Assembly (NCBI GenBank): GCA_964187785.1
Contig: OZ076409.1
Location: 29,886,001-29,950,000 of the forward strand
Direction: 5' to 3'
Origin: Amphiscolops sp. MND2022
Lineage: Eukaryota
Length of the DNA stretch: 64,000 bases
Under the pieces are notes generated by a model that saw only the letters and a program-made list of their open reading frames with translations, was not told the DNA's origin and did no database searches. Of this stretch, positions 23,076-36,399 are shown in pieces (within the stretch, counting starts at the first letter, position 1; each line of letters begins with the position of its first letter). The translations under genes were made by a program, and so were the position numbers.

Positions 23076-26000
23076 AGAACTTCAGTGTGAGTATTACGTC
23101 GATGAATGTTTTGACTGGCGCTAGTTTTTCCTCAAAGGTCTGATCAAATTCTAATCTAAAGCAAGCTCAATTGGATTTGAGGAAATGGACGAGTAGTGAC
23201 CCAGTCTCCCACCTGAGTACTTCGAGCAAATGAAAATTTCAAATTTCTAGACGAAGAACACACAATAAAGACTTTCGGGAACTCTTTGAAACCTGTCCTC
23301 TGATAGGTTTCGCTTCACCATCATTTTTAGTCCAAATTCCTTGGAGGCAAAATCAATCATTGAACGCCAAATGCGTGACTGATATTGCTCAAACATTTGA
23401 CCATCTTGATTGGTTAACACCGGTCATAACGTCCCTGAAGTGTCTGGTGCAGAAAGTTTGGATTGCAAAACTTCGAGCATATGAAATAAGCACTGAAACA
23501 AAACAATTTTATTTAACGTGTTCCAAGTTGCAAATCCGAAGATATTTTTGGTTTATCAGCACAACGTTCCCCAAAAAGACCTCTAAGAAATGCTGCGTAT
23601 GTCCAGAAATTTATCTCTATCTCATAATTCAAAACCAGTTATCCTAACTTCATTACAGTCAGCGAGCTAACCGAAGCCATAAACAGTCTCCAAGTACAGG
23701 AACAGAAAAAAAAATCGTCTATGAAATGAAAACGCTTCAAACTAGTCCCTAAGTGAAGCAGTCGAGTGTATACAAATTGCTGTATCCTTTCTCGAATGAT
23801 AAACTTTACAGCGTTGGAGCACCCTTAGCTATCTGTAAATACAACGATGAAGCGAAATACCAACGTCTCCTTTCGCAACAAAACCATTTTAGCCAGCTTT
23901 TTTGTCCTGGACTCTCACCATGCTACATTACATGGTGGACCAAATCAAATTTTAGTTCTTGTCAGAACTAAATTCAGGATTCCCAGTTTTCGATTGTTGA
24001 CACAAAAAGTAGTCAGAGCCTCTGTGTCATGCTGTGGCTTTCAAACTAGAGAAATTAGTCCCAAACCAGCGACGGAAAGAATAGATTGCAATTCGAGCTG
24101 TTCAAGATGATGGCAATGATTTCGGAGGACCATTTCTTGGTGAATTTGTAGGCTCGATGGAGGCTCAAATTTACATGGCACTTTTTGTTTGCGTTGCCAG
24201 TCGTGCTGTGCACCTGGAGGTTTTGACCCACGTGACTTCACAAGCCTTCATTGCTGCATTAGAACGATTTGTTTCACGTTGAGGCTTTTAAGATGATATT
24301 TAGCGATAACGGAGAAACTCCACTCGAGCGCAAATTGAGCTGAAAGAACTACAAAAGCTACCTGGTGACAATCATAGCAATTCTTTGCAGGCTTTTGTAG
24401 CATGATCGTCAGTTTAGACATTTCTTCCTGCCAGGGCTCATCATTTCGATGGTTTGTGGGAAGCGGTCAAAAAGGGCTAAAAAGCACCTGCGACGTCTCA
24501 TGGGCAAATGTGTCCTAAACTACGAAGAACTGCAGACACGTTTTCGTCAGATTGAATTGGTCTTGAATTCGCCCCATCAGTTTTCTGTCTGATGATCCCT
24601 AATAGGAACTGTCATTCACTCTAGCAGATTTGTGTATGGGTACTAAGTTGAAAGCCTTGCCATCAACAGTAGAAGTTAGTCAGTATGCAAACTTAGGTTC
24701 GCATTGAAACTCAACAAAAAAGAAGGGCTCGTATCCAATCAAAATTGACATTATTCTGGAAGCGATGGAGTAAAGAGTACGTCACCAGACTACCAGAAAG
24801 AAACAAATGGAGGAATGAGGTCCCCAACCTAAAAGTTGGAGATCTAGTGTACATAACTGATGATAATGTTCCACCTCTAAGACGTGTGAAGCAACTGCCA
24901 TTGGATTCCAGTGGGCGCGATTCCATTTTGAAAGTTGTTTAAAAAAGGGAGTGGAGATTGTAACCAAGCTGTTCATAAGTGGATAAAGCTTCCACTACCT
25001 GTTTGCTGACTTGCAATTCGATTGATTTGCGTGAAGGCAGATGATTTGTTCAAAACCGATGAAATTTTTTGTAGATTCATTTCCTCCTCATTTTGCATAT
25101 GGAGTATCTAATGATAACTTTACCTGCGTTTTTATTAGTCTTTGTTGTTGGAACCTCCAAGAAGTAAAATGGTTCAAAAATAGCATCTGTTTTGGTGCTG
25201 TACAAAATCATTACTAACGAAACAACACGAAACATACAACAGAAAAGAGTTCAAAGATACAATTTCAGGTACGTTTGAGGATGCAAGTTTCACGCATGGT
25301 TGCACTATTGACAGCAATGATCACGCGATGGCATGCTAACATTGAGAACTTGTTTTCCAGGGACATTTTTAAGCGGAGTTACTATCGAACTTGTGTCAAG
25401 ACGTCCAATTCGAACCGATTCTGATGATCTTACAATCACAAGTTGTTCTCCCTCGCACAGCCTAAACGAAAACGCGAAGTTTCTTGAAACCTCTGAAAGA
25501 ATCGTTTTTTGACCGCTAGAGTACCAATTCAAACTATCATAGGCACGTGATTAAACCCCAAAGAGCAATCCTGAAACAAAATAAAACAAATCAAAGGACC
25601 CACTACAACGATGTGTGCGTGAAATTGAAAACGCTTGTTTCACCCCACTTGTCTAAAGAACAAACGAAATCACTGGTTAACAGCCAACTCAATGCCACAA
25701 AGCTCCGGCTGAGAAAATGAATAAAATGACAAAATCTTCATACGTCGAAGCAATGCTGGTCTTTAGAAAACAGAAAATATTACTATTGACAATTCTATAA
25801 TAATTCATAGCCTTACAAGTTTCATGAGGTGACCATCAATTATTGTGCATCAATTATTGTTTTGTGCTTGCAGATCCTGGGTTTTAAGCGTTTATAACCA
25901 AAAACCACAAAATTCACTTTTTACCCACTCAGGTGCAGGTTAAACTCAGTTTACTTCCTCAACGTGGTTTGCGAAAAACATTCTCTCATCGCTTGGTTTG

Positions 26001-27729
26001 ATATGTTGTTATTCTTTGATATGAAGTCATTTCTGCGACGTTCTTCACATTTTTTGCTTTCTTTGCTGTGCCAGCTTTTACCTCCGTGTTGCGAGAAACC
26101 TTCTCATAGAGCCTTTTCATTTATTAGAAGTTGCAAGCCTTGTTAATGACTGGATTTTCTGCCATTTGGTAGGCTGCACATTCCGACGGTCTCCTACTTT
26201 CTCCTCCCGACGGATCAACTTTTGTGTCAAAAGGTTACAGTAATTGAAATTGCTGTTGATTCAGATCCTGACGCGTCTTTCATTGCCTGTAATCAATATT
26301 GGAGTGTTCGTAAAAGCTCTTCCATCGTCAAGGTCTCATTGAGTTGTATGCGTCTTGAAATTTACGTTTTTTCTTCGTACTTCAAACATACCAGAAGTTG
26401 CAATATAAGCAGGTCCGCGTCGAAATCTGCAGTTATTTTGAGAATTTCAGCTTTCCATGATTGAGCAGTTTCTCTGAGTCTAGTTGAAGGGTCAGTTTCG
26501 GTTTTTCTCCTTTAGCGGTGGAGATGAACAATGTTTTTTGTAATTGACCAAGCTTTCTTGTGGCATCAAGTAATGCTTTTGCGTTAATGTGATGGAATGT
26601 CATGTCTTTAGATTTGGGAGCAAATATGTTGTTAGTTTTCATCAGTGCTTCAAGGCCACATCAGCTGGTTATGGAGGTGATAATTTTCAATCTTTCTCCC
26701 GTCCACTTGTTGAATCGGCTGCTAAAGACCGCTTGATTCCTACCCTCGCCAACCCTTTGAAAAAGTGAACCAGGGCGTCTTCTGGATCTTGGGCATTCAA
26801 CAGGATGCGATTCATTGTGATTTTCACTCAACACTTGTTCTGCTAAAATATGGAGACCTTGAAGTGAATAGAAGTTTTATTTATCAACATGAGATGAATG
26901 TAAATTCGACTACAGTTGGTTGAGTTTTTTTACCATCCGATATGTTCTTACATTTTTGGGTTCCTTTTTTGACCATGCAACTGAGAACAGATGAAGTTTC
27001 AACTTGTTTTCTGGATATATGTTCTAGTTCCAACATTATTGAACTTTTTCTGTCTGTTGTGTTGATATCCGTTTTCCACATGTATAATTTTTATTTTCTG
27101 TTGACTTGAATGAAAAGCCTCTTTTTGCTGTATTCTGTTCCCTGATTAACAGTCTTTGTGAAAAAGTGATTTCGTTGATGGTACTGTCTAACCAAGGAGC
27201 ACCCAGGAAGAGAAACATGTTGGATCTGAACGAAGTTTTCAAACGTTGAGGCATTTCTGATCTTTCCAAAACAGATTTTGTTTAACGTACAACAGTTATT
27301 GGTTTGAAAGACATAAAGTAAAATTTCCAGGTGAACGAAACCAATAAACGAACCTAACTTCAGAACTTAGCAGCCGCTCATTTCACTGCAGTCAGGAAAA
27401 AATTTCTCAAGATAACCCTAATACAGCTGTCAGGCCCAAACAAATTTCTGGATACTCACATTTGATGTTAGAATTTTCTGGAAGTAGAACAAGTTTTAAT
27501 CGTTTATGTTCATTCAATGTTTTCTGTCAAGCAATTGTACTTTGACACTAGACCCCAGGTTTCATGGTAGTTCAAATATTTTCTCTGGATCACCTAATGA
27601 ACCACTATGGGTAAAATGTTGCTGTGATTTTTGAAACTTTGCTAGTCTGAAATATTTTTGAACATAAGTTGCATTCTACTGAAATTTACCAAATTGACTT
27701 CCTGAAACACTTCCTGAAAGCAAGGCCAC

Positions 27730-28007
27730 TGTGCTGCTTTAAAGAGTCTTTTATTTTTAGTGGTGGTGGTCTTTTCTCTAGATGTTACAGAGCTAAGTTA
27801 TTAGAAGGATGCTAGCTAGCTGGCTGACTCTACTAAAGCTTGGAGGTCTGAAAAGAGGAATTAAAAGGAAGTCGACTAAACTCTGATCATTAGTTTTCTC
27901 TCTCTGAAGGAGTAGAGTTTTACAGTCATTCAATATTAAATAAATGTACATTCTAGAACATTCTACAAACATCTAAATACTATTGGTTATTAATGTAGGT
28001 CAGTACA
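27730..28007 (-). repeat. 3' LTR of element C
   Basis: Direct repeat of 46344-46621; TG...CA. Confidence 0.96.
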
Positions 28008-28829
28008 TCCATCCCGGTTTTAAATAAAATTAAAATTTTACTTTATATCAAATGAATAAAACAAAGTGAAGTTTTTTGTTTGAATGTTTTTAGCGTTTCA
28101 GCTAGTTCAAATTTTCATTTGATGGATGATTGGCAGAAGTCTTTTTTAAGTTGGTGAGAGTTCGACTCAATGGTAGACATCGAGTTGTCTGTCAAAATAT
28201 GTGACAACTTCATTAGACCTCATATGTGCGACTATAGTTCAAAGGTATCAAAGTGATCTGTTCCACTATGCTTTCGGGCCTATGATTTTGAACTGGTAGC
28301 GGCTCGGTTCTATGCCTTTGTTGAAGCTATTGAATTGGCTTCGCATTTGACAAATCGTGAGCAAACATCATACGAGTTAAAGGTCAAAGAGTCAATGAGA
28401 ATTCTTGTTAAAAAATTTTTGCATCAAGTATGAAAACTGTCTGAAAATATTTCAGGTTGTTTTCAACTTTGGCGGGTTTGTTATATAGAAAATGTTGAAA
28501 TCTTTGCGAAAATGGGCTTCTCATTATTCGAATTGAAATTGAACAGTGTGCTTTATCAATTTTTTAGCTGGTTTTGTTGAAATTTTGAAAAAAATGTTTG
28601 TTAACATTTGATTGAATTCTTTTGTTCTGTGGGATAGAATAGCACCAAAAATAATAAAGAAATATTCTTTAAAAAGTGGGCAAATAAATATCAGTATGGG
28701 ATAAATATCATTGTAAATTAGGGCAAATAAAAACGGGGGGGTTAATTCACTTATTGTATATATAAATACAATAAAGTAGAAATTATCATAATTGAATTTT
28801 GAAAGTTTTTTAAGTTTCATCAAGTACAA

Positions 28830-29561
28830 TGCTTTTTGTCTTGCTTCTGTTCTTTGTTGCTGTTGGTATTATCTGCTTATTGGATCGTCTTGGGTGGTTG
28901 TCGGAATCACTGGGTCGATAGTGGGATCAGCTTGGAAGGATCGATGGGCGGATCGTCTATGGCATTCTTCACTATGGATGTGGAGTCGTCTACTGCAACT
29001 TCTCAGATGATCATTGTTGAGGGGTCCAGATGGTCAATGTTGAGGGGTTCAGACAGCTGATGTTGTGCTGTAACAATCGGAATCTGTTGATGAATGATGG
29101 CTTCAAAATGCAATGTAGGTATAAGTTTTGTATGGAGAATTTTGGTCAAGAAATGTTTCGGGAGGGTCCTCTTGAAGTTCATCATCGGTGGAATCATTAT
29201 CATCCAATGGCCAATAGTGTACGAGATTTTTCTTTTCTAGTGGAGTACGCATTCTATTGGATAGGTTTTTGAGGAAGGGTTTTGGTCGAATAGTGGTATA
29301 ATCCGTCTGGGTTGTAGCATCACACTTTTGAATGAAAGTATCAGGGTGTTTACGCAATTTAAGGTATTGCTCAAAATTTATTTTGTTGATCTGAAAGATT
29401 TGAAACAAATTGAAGAGGAGCATTCGTGTTAGAATGGGGTCTGCTGTTTTCTCTTGTGTAAGCTGGGTATATAATGTTGCAATATGTTTCTTCAGAATAA
29501 GAGATCGGAGTCGAGTGGAAGCAATTGGGAATTCTACTACAGATGTATCATCTGAAGTCAT
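28830..29561 (-). pseudogene. Accessory ORF (3'-most) of element C, unknown product with TQT motif
   Basis: ORF 29103..29561 plus a frameshifted Pro/Asp-rich continuation; same strand as gag-pol-env. Confidence 0.55.
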
Positions 29562-30074
29562 CGTGGTTGAAATGGAGGAATTGAAATGATTAATCTTTGA
29601 AGAATTGTCGTTGTGGAGAGACGTTGAATCGGCGAGTTGAAGGAAGAAGGAAGTTTGACAATTTTCACCTAAAAGAGATTAGTTTGTTCACATTGAAATT
29701 TCCTTTTTAAATAAATTTGTATTGTTGACATTTTTGTGATGTATTTTATTGTATTCTATCTTTTTAATTTTAGGAATTAGGATGGTGTATTTTGGAAATC
29801 TTTCGAAGAATATTTGAACATCTTTCGTTTGAGGTCTCATTTGTTAAATTCGGTTCGTTAAAAGTTGGAAAATTTGAGGAGTTTTGTTGAAAATTTTCAT
29901 GTCCGTTATGAACATTTATGTCATACTGGTATACAAATGTATTCTAATGATTAACATAAACTATGACCATGCATAGCAAGCATAAGTAGGTAAATTCAAG
30001 TTTATTTGACAGGTTGTTAAAGGATTAGGAGATAAATGTTAAAATTCTTAAAGCTTACATCCCATAATTACCAG

Positions 30075-30275
30075 TTAAGATTGTTGGATCTTTTCAAATG
30101 TGTAGTTGATTTCATCTAAGGATGTGCGTATACACGAAGCTGAAGGGCTAACTCTTGTCGTATCAAATGCAAAATTTTGCATTAGATCTCGGGCTTGTTT
30201 AAGTGTATTTACAATATCAGCAATAGTAATGAGTGTATCCTTTTTTGGGTTATGATACCGTTTTAAAATTTCCAT
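30075..30275 (-). CDS. Small accessory ORF (66 aa) of element C
   Basis: Its ATG overlaps the upstream stop (TAATG); intact, helical-looking sequence. Confidence 0.5.
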   Translation of the reverse strand: MEILKRYHNPKKDTLITIADIVNTLKQARDLMQNFAFDTTRVSPSASCIRTSLDEINYTFEKIQQS

Positions 30276-31353
30276 TAATTCTTTATATTTTTGTATTTCT
30301 TCAGTGGGGGGAAAACGTTCTGGTTTAGGAGTGTCAATTGTCTCTTTGGAGGTTCTTGATTTGTCTTTTTGTGTTCTTTGGTATTTCTTTTTGTAAGAAT
30401 TGAGATAAGATGAGAAATAATGAATAATATTTCATTATGGGAGTATCCCGTTTTTGCTATGGCGTAATAATAAGGTTTTTCACAAACTCCAAGAGGTTGG
30501 AAGGCTATGGGATGAATTGGAGGAAGATGGTCTGATATACATTGAGGTATATCTTGTAATAGCGAGTCATCATTCAAGATGAGGTATTCTTGTTTTACTA
30601 TGATTGGTCATTTTGGTTTCTCATTTGGAAGGAAGAGAAAGCTTTGTCATTAATTCTGAGTTTTCCTTTTATTTTGGTATGGTCTATTAGATATTCTGAG
30701 TTGAAAATGAAAGGTGAAGTATATTTCCAGTTGAAGAAGATATAGTTTTCAGGTTCTTTGTATTGGAGGAATTTCTGGTATGTAATATGATGAGCTTTCT
30801 TTATTTGGTTTGGCAAGAAATTAGCATCGTTCTTTTCGGTTCTAAGATCATATGGAGTTGGTCTTAGGAAATTGTATTGAAGTGAGAAAATTTTCACTTT
30901 ATTATTTAACCACCAATCCTATGGGGTGATTAATTTTGATGCAATTGAGGTATGGTAATCATTTTTGAATTCTCTGATGATGAATTTGTATTTCGTTGGC
31001 ATCATATACAAAGAGGTTAGATGGGATTGAAATGTGAATTGGCTTGATGATAAGATGGGAATTAGATCACAATCTCGATCTTCATCTTGTTTTGATGGCT
31101 TTATGAAAAGAGGGCAGGCGCCAGATTCTATAAAAGGTTTATCAGCGGTTATATCTGGATATTTTCTTTTTTGAAATTTTGCGTTTATATGGTCAATTTG
31201 TTCTACTGGAATAGTTCCCATGGGTTCTTGAGTTTGTGGTGAAGATGAATTATTATCTTCGTTAACATTTTGTTGTATAATTATATTCAAAAGGAATGCA
31301 AGCAATTCGGAAGAACTAGAGTTAACTACATCAATTTCAGGCAAGGATTCCAT
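30275..31353 (-). pseudogene. Accessory ORF (~360 aa reconstructed) of element C
   Basis: ORFs 30919..31353 and 30598..30897 share a frame across one TAG; one frameshift joins them to 30275..30577. Confidence 0.6.
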
Positions 31354-31783
31354 TATTTTAACTTGCTTGAATTTGTAGCGCTGAAATAATAATTTTGTTT
31401 ACCAAATAATAAAAATAAGTTAGAACAAATTGGAACGTTAATTTTTAAGGTATTTGTGTTCATTAGTTAAGAGTTTTTTTGAAAATAAAAGTTTAAATTG
31501 TACTTACAATATTGGAATGTCAGTTGTGGCTCAGAAAATCAACAATCACAGTGGCATCTATTCCCGGAATAGAAACTTCTGTGATTTCTAGGATTCGTGG
31601 TTTACAGGGAGTGAAGTATTTTTCCATGTGGGGTATGATGTTCCAAGTGAAGTCGTTTGGTTGGGTTGAGGTAGGCAGCTTGTCCAAGTGAGAATTTTTG
31701 GGTAGAATGAAAGTTGAATTGTGGAGTTATTTGTTGTTGAATTTTTGAAATTTGCGTTTACTTTATTTTATTTGGTTATTACA

Positions 31784-32259
31784 TTTTAGTCGGCGCTTTT
31801 CTTAAGAAAAGAACCCGACTATTAGTCACTCGTTTTTTTTTATTTAAGTCAGACTCGAAGCGACGAACGTTAAAATTAACGTTCAACTACTAAAAACAGT
31901 ACTAAACTACTGGAACGGTAAAGGCAAACGGGGAGCGCATTCATTTACTTTTTAAACGTTACCTACAAGCCCGGACGGGACTAAAGGGTCCCCCTTTTCG
32001 AGTTTTTTTGGCACTGTGAGACTTTTTTTCGAAATTTTTTTAATGTCCCCAAAGAGTCCCCCCTTTGAGTTTTTTGTTATTTTGCTACAGAATGCGTGTT
32101 TATAAATCAAAAAGGGTCCCCCTTTTACATTTTTCGGCACTGTGCGACATTTTCCGAAAAGAATTTTTTTTCGAAAATTTCAAGTTTTTTTCCAAAAAAA
32201 TGTTTTGCGATTTTTGAGCCTTGGATACAGCGCCGACTTGAGACGTTCCCGTCTTGTTT
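31784..32259 (+). mobile_element. Helentron-associated non-autonomous element (HINE-like) nested in element C
   Basis: 5' TTTTAGTCGGCGC with partial IR CCCGACT; 3' GCGCCGACT, then hairpin AGACG-TTCC-CGTCT and TGTTT. Confidence 0.85.
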
Positions 32260-32262
32260 CTG

Positions 32263-34802
32263 TTAGGAGGAGTTATATTTTATGAAGACTTTAGCGGGGC
32301 TTTCCGGTAAAGCTATTACATTTTGTACTATGGGGTCATAGTCCTGAGAAATTTGAGGTGAACTAATATCGTTAATATTCCTTGGGCGTGTCTTTTTTGG
32401 TGATTGAAGTGTCGAATTCTTGCTTGTATATTTAGGAGCTAAACAAGGGGAGTCACTATTGGAGTATCTTCTCATTTTCTTTTGTGTTCCTTTGTCGGAC
32501 AACAGGATATTATCAGTTTCACTTGTGGTAATTTTGTGTTTAGTATATATCCGTTTGCGTTTTCCAGTATTATTTAAATCAGTAAACATTTCCGATGTAA
32601 CTGTATTTAAAAATCCATGGGTTATTGAATTCAAAATGTAAAAGTTGCTTTGTTGATTATATTTTATAGTAATTGGTCAGTAGAATTTAAGTAGGAACGT
32701 TAAAACTTCTCTAATTAAAAAAAAGGTGGAGAAATAAATTCCACATTGTGTTGAAACATAACATGGATACCCAAAAAAATTTATGAAAGCTTGACTAAAC
32801 CAGTCAGGGTCGAAAAGTGGTAAAAAGTTTAACAGGTGATCATGTTCTCCAATCCCTAAATGATTATAAGGATTTGATCCTGTGTGGGAGTGTTGTTCAT
32901 TATGTACTGTAATGATATCATAACTTAATGATTTTCCGAGTAATTGGAGAGTTGTATCTGAGTGTTTTGCGAATAATACTCTATTCCAGAATTGATCTAA
33001 TTCTGCATTCGAGTATATACCGGCATCTTGAGCGGTAAATGTATTGGGTGTTATTGTTGTCTTAATTTGTGTAGGTTTGAACATTTGTGGTGCTTCTCTT
33101 TTGAGCGGGTCTGGTGTTAACACATAAAAATCTCCGTCATCTGTATCTGGATCTAATTCAAAAATGTTTTGCGGGTTATTTCCACTTTCTATTGGTGTTA
33201 CATACTTAAACGTTTGTCTTGTTATGGGCTCTACATACATTATAGTTTCTCTATAGTGTATGGGGATTCTATCAAAGCATTTATCTGCTTTGTATAGAAG
33301 TGATATAAAATGAGGGCAATCATACAGCCATGCTGTAGATCCTTCAACATAGAGGAAGTTACTGCGATTTCCAGTTAAATGGAAACCGGCTAATTTAGGG
33401 TTCTTAACTGACATAGCTAAGATTGTTAACAATTGTGTTCTTTCTAATTCACATACTGTGTGAAGAGTATTTAATTCTTGTACTGTCATAGATTTAAATA
33501 CATGATTTATTGTGAAGTCAATTTTTGTATTGATATGAGCATCATAGTCTAGAGTGGCGAAATTGTTTGATACATTTAGTGCGGGGAATTTATATTTCTG
33601 ATTAGAGGTATCAAATTGTATTCTTCCACTAATGTTTTGATCTATTATTGAGTGTGGTCTCGGTTGTCCATTATTCATATCAAAACCAAATAGGTATGTA
33701 ACAAAGATGTCATCATTTTGTGTTGAATATAATGGTTCTGGTTTTTCACAAAAGGTTTGTGCAATTGGGTATATCTCAAATCGAGAAGAATTTGGGTTGT
33801 CTACGGTTGATTGTGGTGTTTTGACATTGGAATTTTTTGTTCCTTGGATTCCTTCGCTTTGAAGGTTTTGTGTAATATTTGAGGGTTCGATAAAGTTTTC
33901 AGTTTCTATCCAATATCGGTCATTCTTCCAATTAATTCTTGTAATCGAAAAATGAGACAAAATTTTTCATCAAATCATATTATTGTGTATGGGGTTCTTG
34001 TTGTTGGTTTACAAAATCCGTCTGAGTGGTAACACGGTAGCATGTATCCATCGTGAATCATTTGGTTGTTTTTATCAACATATGTTATTTCAGCATTATT
34101 TATTCTGAGTTTCCAACTTTTTCGAGTGATTAAATGTTCTCTGTCACTTCTACTTCTTGAATAAGTATTTTGTCTGAAGTTAACTATCCAGTCTAGTGTG
34201 GATAATGTTCATCATACACGAACGTTCCGATATGCCAAGCATTTAGTTTTTTTACTCTGAATGGTTGTTGAACTTGTTCAATTTTTTTGGTAATCACTAT
34301 CATCAAAAAATGAGAAGGAACTTTGTATATTGTAATTGTTCAATTCGTTACTACCGGTCGCGTTTAAATATCTTATCATATTTTTGCATTCAAAAGGGTC
34401 AAGTATTTTTAGAATTTCTAATGTATTTTGTCCCCATTGTAAACGATCATATCGTCTACTAGATGAAAAAGTTTGTGAACACCAAAGTTTTTCAGTTTTT
34501 ATATATGCTTCACATTTGAAGGCTTTGATTTTTTTGCATTTGCTCTGACGTATACTGTTGCTTGGGTCTTTGTGTTGTATATCTGAGGGTGCTCGTTTAC
34601 ATGGTTCAACATTTAGTAAGCTAAATTGTCTTAAGTTATTTTGTTTTGCACAATCATAAAGGGATACCATAAGGTTCAAGATATTTGGATCTTGTTCTGA
34701 AATTTGATTTTCTGAATTTGTTGTATCAACTTTAGGAACTGATGTAGAGTTAACAATGTGTATTATATATGCAATATTTGCATTGAAAAATATGCTTTTC
34801 GT
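32263..34802 (-). pseudogene. env: env: class III-like (herpes gB / chuvirus G-type) fusion glycoprotein
   Basis: Mutated start (ACG) and leader; LYDC near the N-terminus; CELER..L...A....NP..AG..LTG....F....G...WLYDC; KCFDRIPIHY....MYVEPITR; C-terminal TM (GIYFSTFFLIREVLTFLL) and tail. Broken by frameshifts. Confidence 0.75.
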
Positions 34803-34804
34803 GG

Positions 34805-36240
34805 TTAAAATGTAGTTCTATAGTAAAGTCCTGAGAAGGGATTAAAGAAGTTTATATGACCTGTTCTAATTTCTGGTAATTCAGCGTCACAAAGATAAGA
34901 TATTGATGTGACTAAAAACGGTGAGGGAGTTGTTTTATGTGCTACTCTTGTTGAAAGAGAAAATGGATGGGGTTTTAAGGAGTTGATTGTAACTTCAACT
35001 TCGAAGTTCAATACTAATTGATCTTCTTGTAATAATCGTAGTTCTCTTTGTTTTCTTGGGTTTGAAAGAGAACTATTGTTTATAAATCTATCTGAGAGTA
35101 CAGTGTATCGAGGATCTTCGTTAAGACTACGAATAATCTTTGAGTTAACACCAATAGGATATTCGTGTGGCATTGGTGTAGGAGGTCTCGAATATTCTTC
35201 TAGAAAATATTCGGGTTTTGTATGGATGAATCAGATAGTTTTGAACTAGGTGAATAAACTCGTGAAACGTTTGCTGCACTATCTGATATAGTTTGAGGAT
35301 CTTCTGAAAGGAGGGATGCTGTTTCAAATTCTGATGTGACTTGAAATGGTAATGATAGAGAAGATGGTATAGTGGGGTGGGATGAGGAAAGAGAAGAAGT
35401 TTCTGATCTGGGTTGTGCTTGTTGTCTAACTAGTCTTTAATTTGTACTGGAACTAGTTAAAGGTTGTAATTGTTTAGAATTTCTTCGTGATTGGGATCTG
35501 AGGTTATAACTATGTCGCGGTACTCTGGTACTAGCAGTTGAATCAGAGTCTTTATCTTTGTAATATAGGTCTGTTAAGGAAGAAGTAGTGTTTGATTGTA
35601 GGCGGTCTAATTCTAGTCTTGGGTGTACTTGAGAAAATGTAAATGAACTTAGTTCAGATGGTGAACTAACTATATGTTCTGGTATAGTTTTTATTGGGGA
35701 TTGACTTGTTGATGGTAGAGCAAGGTTCTTTGGTAATGTTGGTATAGGAGTTTTTCTAGGTAATTTGGTTGCAGTCGGTATTCTATGTGGACAAGAATGA
35801 ACGTATTGAAGAACTGAGCTAGGATCAGGGATATGAGGAGTACGAGTGGTAGGAATTGGTGGAAGAGGGGGTCTGTTTAGGATACTTGAAGTATCTTGTA
35901 CATTGTTTTGGGTTGTAAGTGATTCATCACAAGAATCACTTGTAGTTGAACTTATTTCTAAAATGGTAGGTTTTGTTGAGTGTATTGTGGTTGAGTTGTT
36001 ATAATATTTTGTGATTGAATTGTTATTACTGGTGTTTGAGTTTGAAGTATGGGTGTATTATTGGGCGTTACTGTTGCTCTATCAGGAGAATATGGAGCAG
36101 ATGGGCTATGATTTGAGGATGAGGAATCCAGTATGTCTGTATCTGAATTTAGGTATGCGGTATATTCAGGTAGTGTTTGGAATGAATGGGTTGAACTAGA
36201 TGATGAGTTGTTTCTGTTTGATGGAGGTGAGTGTCTATGT
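34805..36240 (-). pseudogene. Ser/Thr/Pro-rich extra ORF (or Pol extension) between integrase and env
   Basis: Low-complexity coding-like sequence with a YNLRS motif, ending in the ordered-looking ORF 34805..35173, which stops 2 nt before the env start. Confidence 0.5.
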
Positions 36241-36399
36241 CTATCAGTCTTGAAGTCTTTTTAATTTTAAATTTCAGTTTATGTTTCAGTTTCAATTTCT
36301 TTTACTTTTCTTTTTATAGTATCTTTATTCAGATTACTATCTATAACTATTCAGCTCAAACTTTTTTTCAGCAGGGTTTTTGAGAAAACGAAATTATAT

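Larger units (their letters stand above)
19128..25204 (+). mobile_element. BEL/Pao LTR retrotransposon, decayed
   Basis: Diverged LTRs 19128-19301 and 25047-25204, both ending CATCTGTTTTGGTGCTGTACA; imperfect TSD ATATC/AAATC; PBS-like TGGTCCGCCAG. Motifs: Gag KLELTT..GSYTE; RT ADIAKMYSQV...FHHILWR...TRVTHGV; integrase HFDGLWEA; C-terminal FWKRWSKEYVTRL..RNKW....PNLKVGDLV. Confidence 0.92.

Noticed and set aside
22469..23090. ORFs of 111-145 aa (also at 48131-48536)
   Set aside because: They are chance frames within a non-coding HINE repeat; the frames differ between the two copies.
25300..27700. Minus-strand coding-like fragments with splice-like signals
   Set aside because: Frequent stops and no recognisable domain. 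Possibly a decayed gene or TE, but not supportable without a search.
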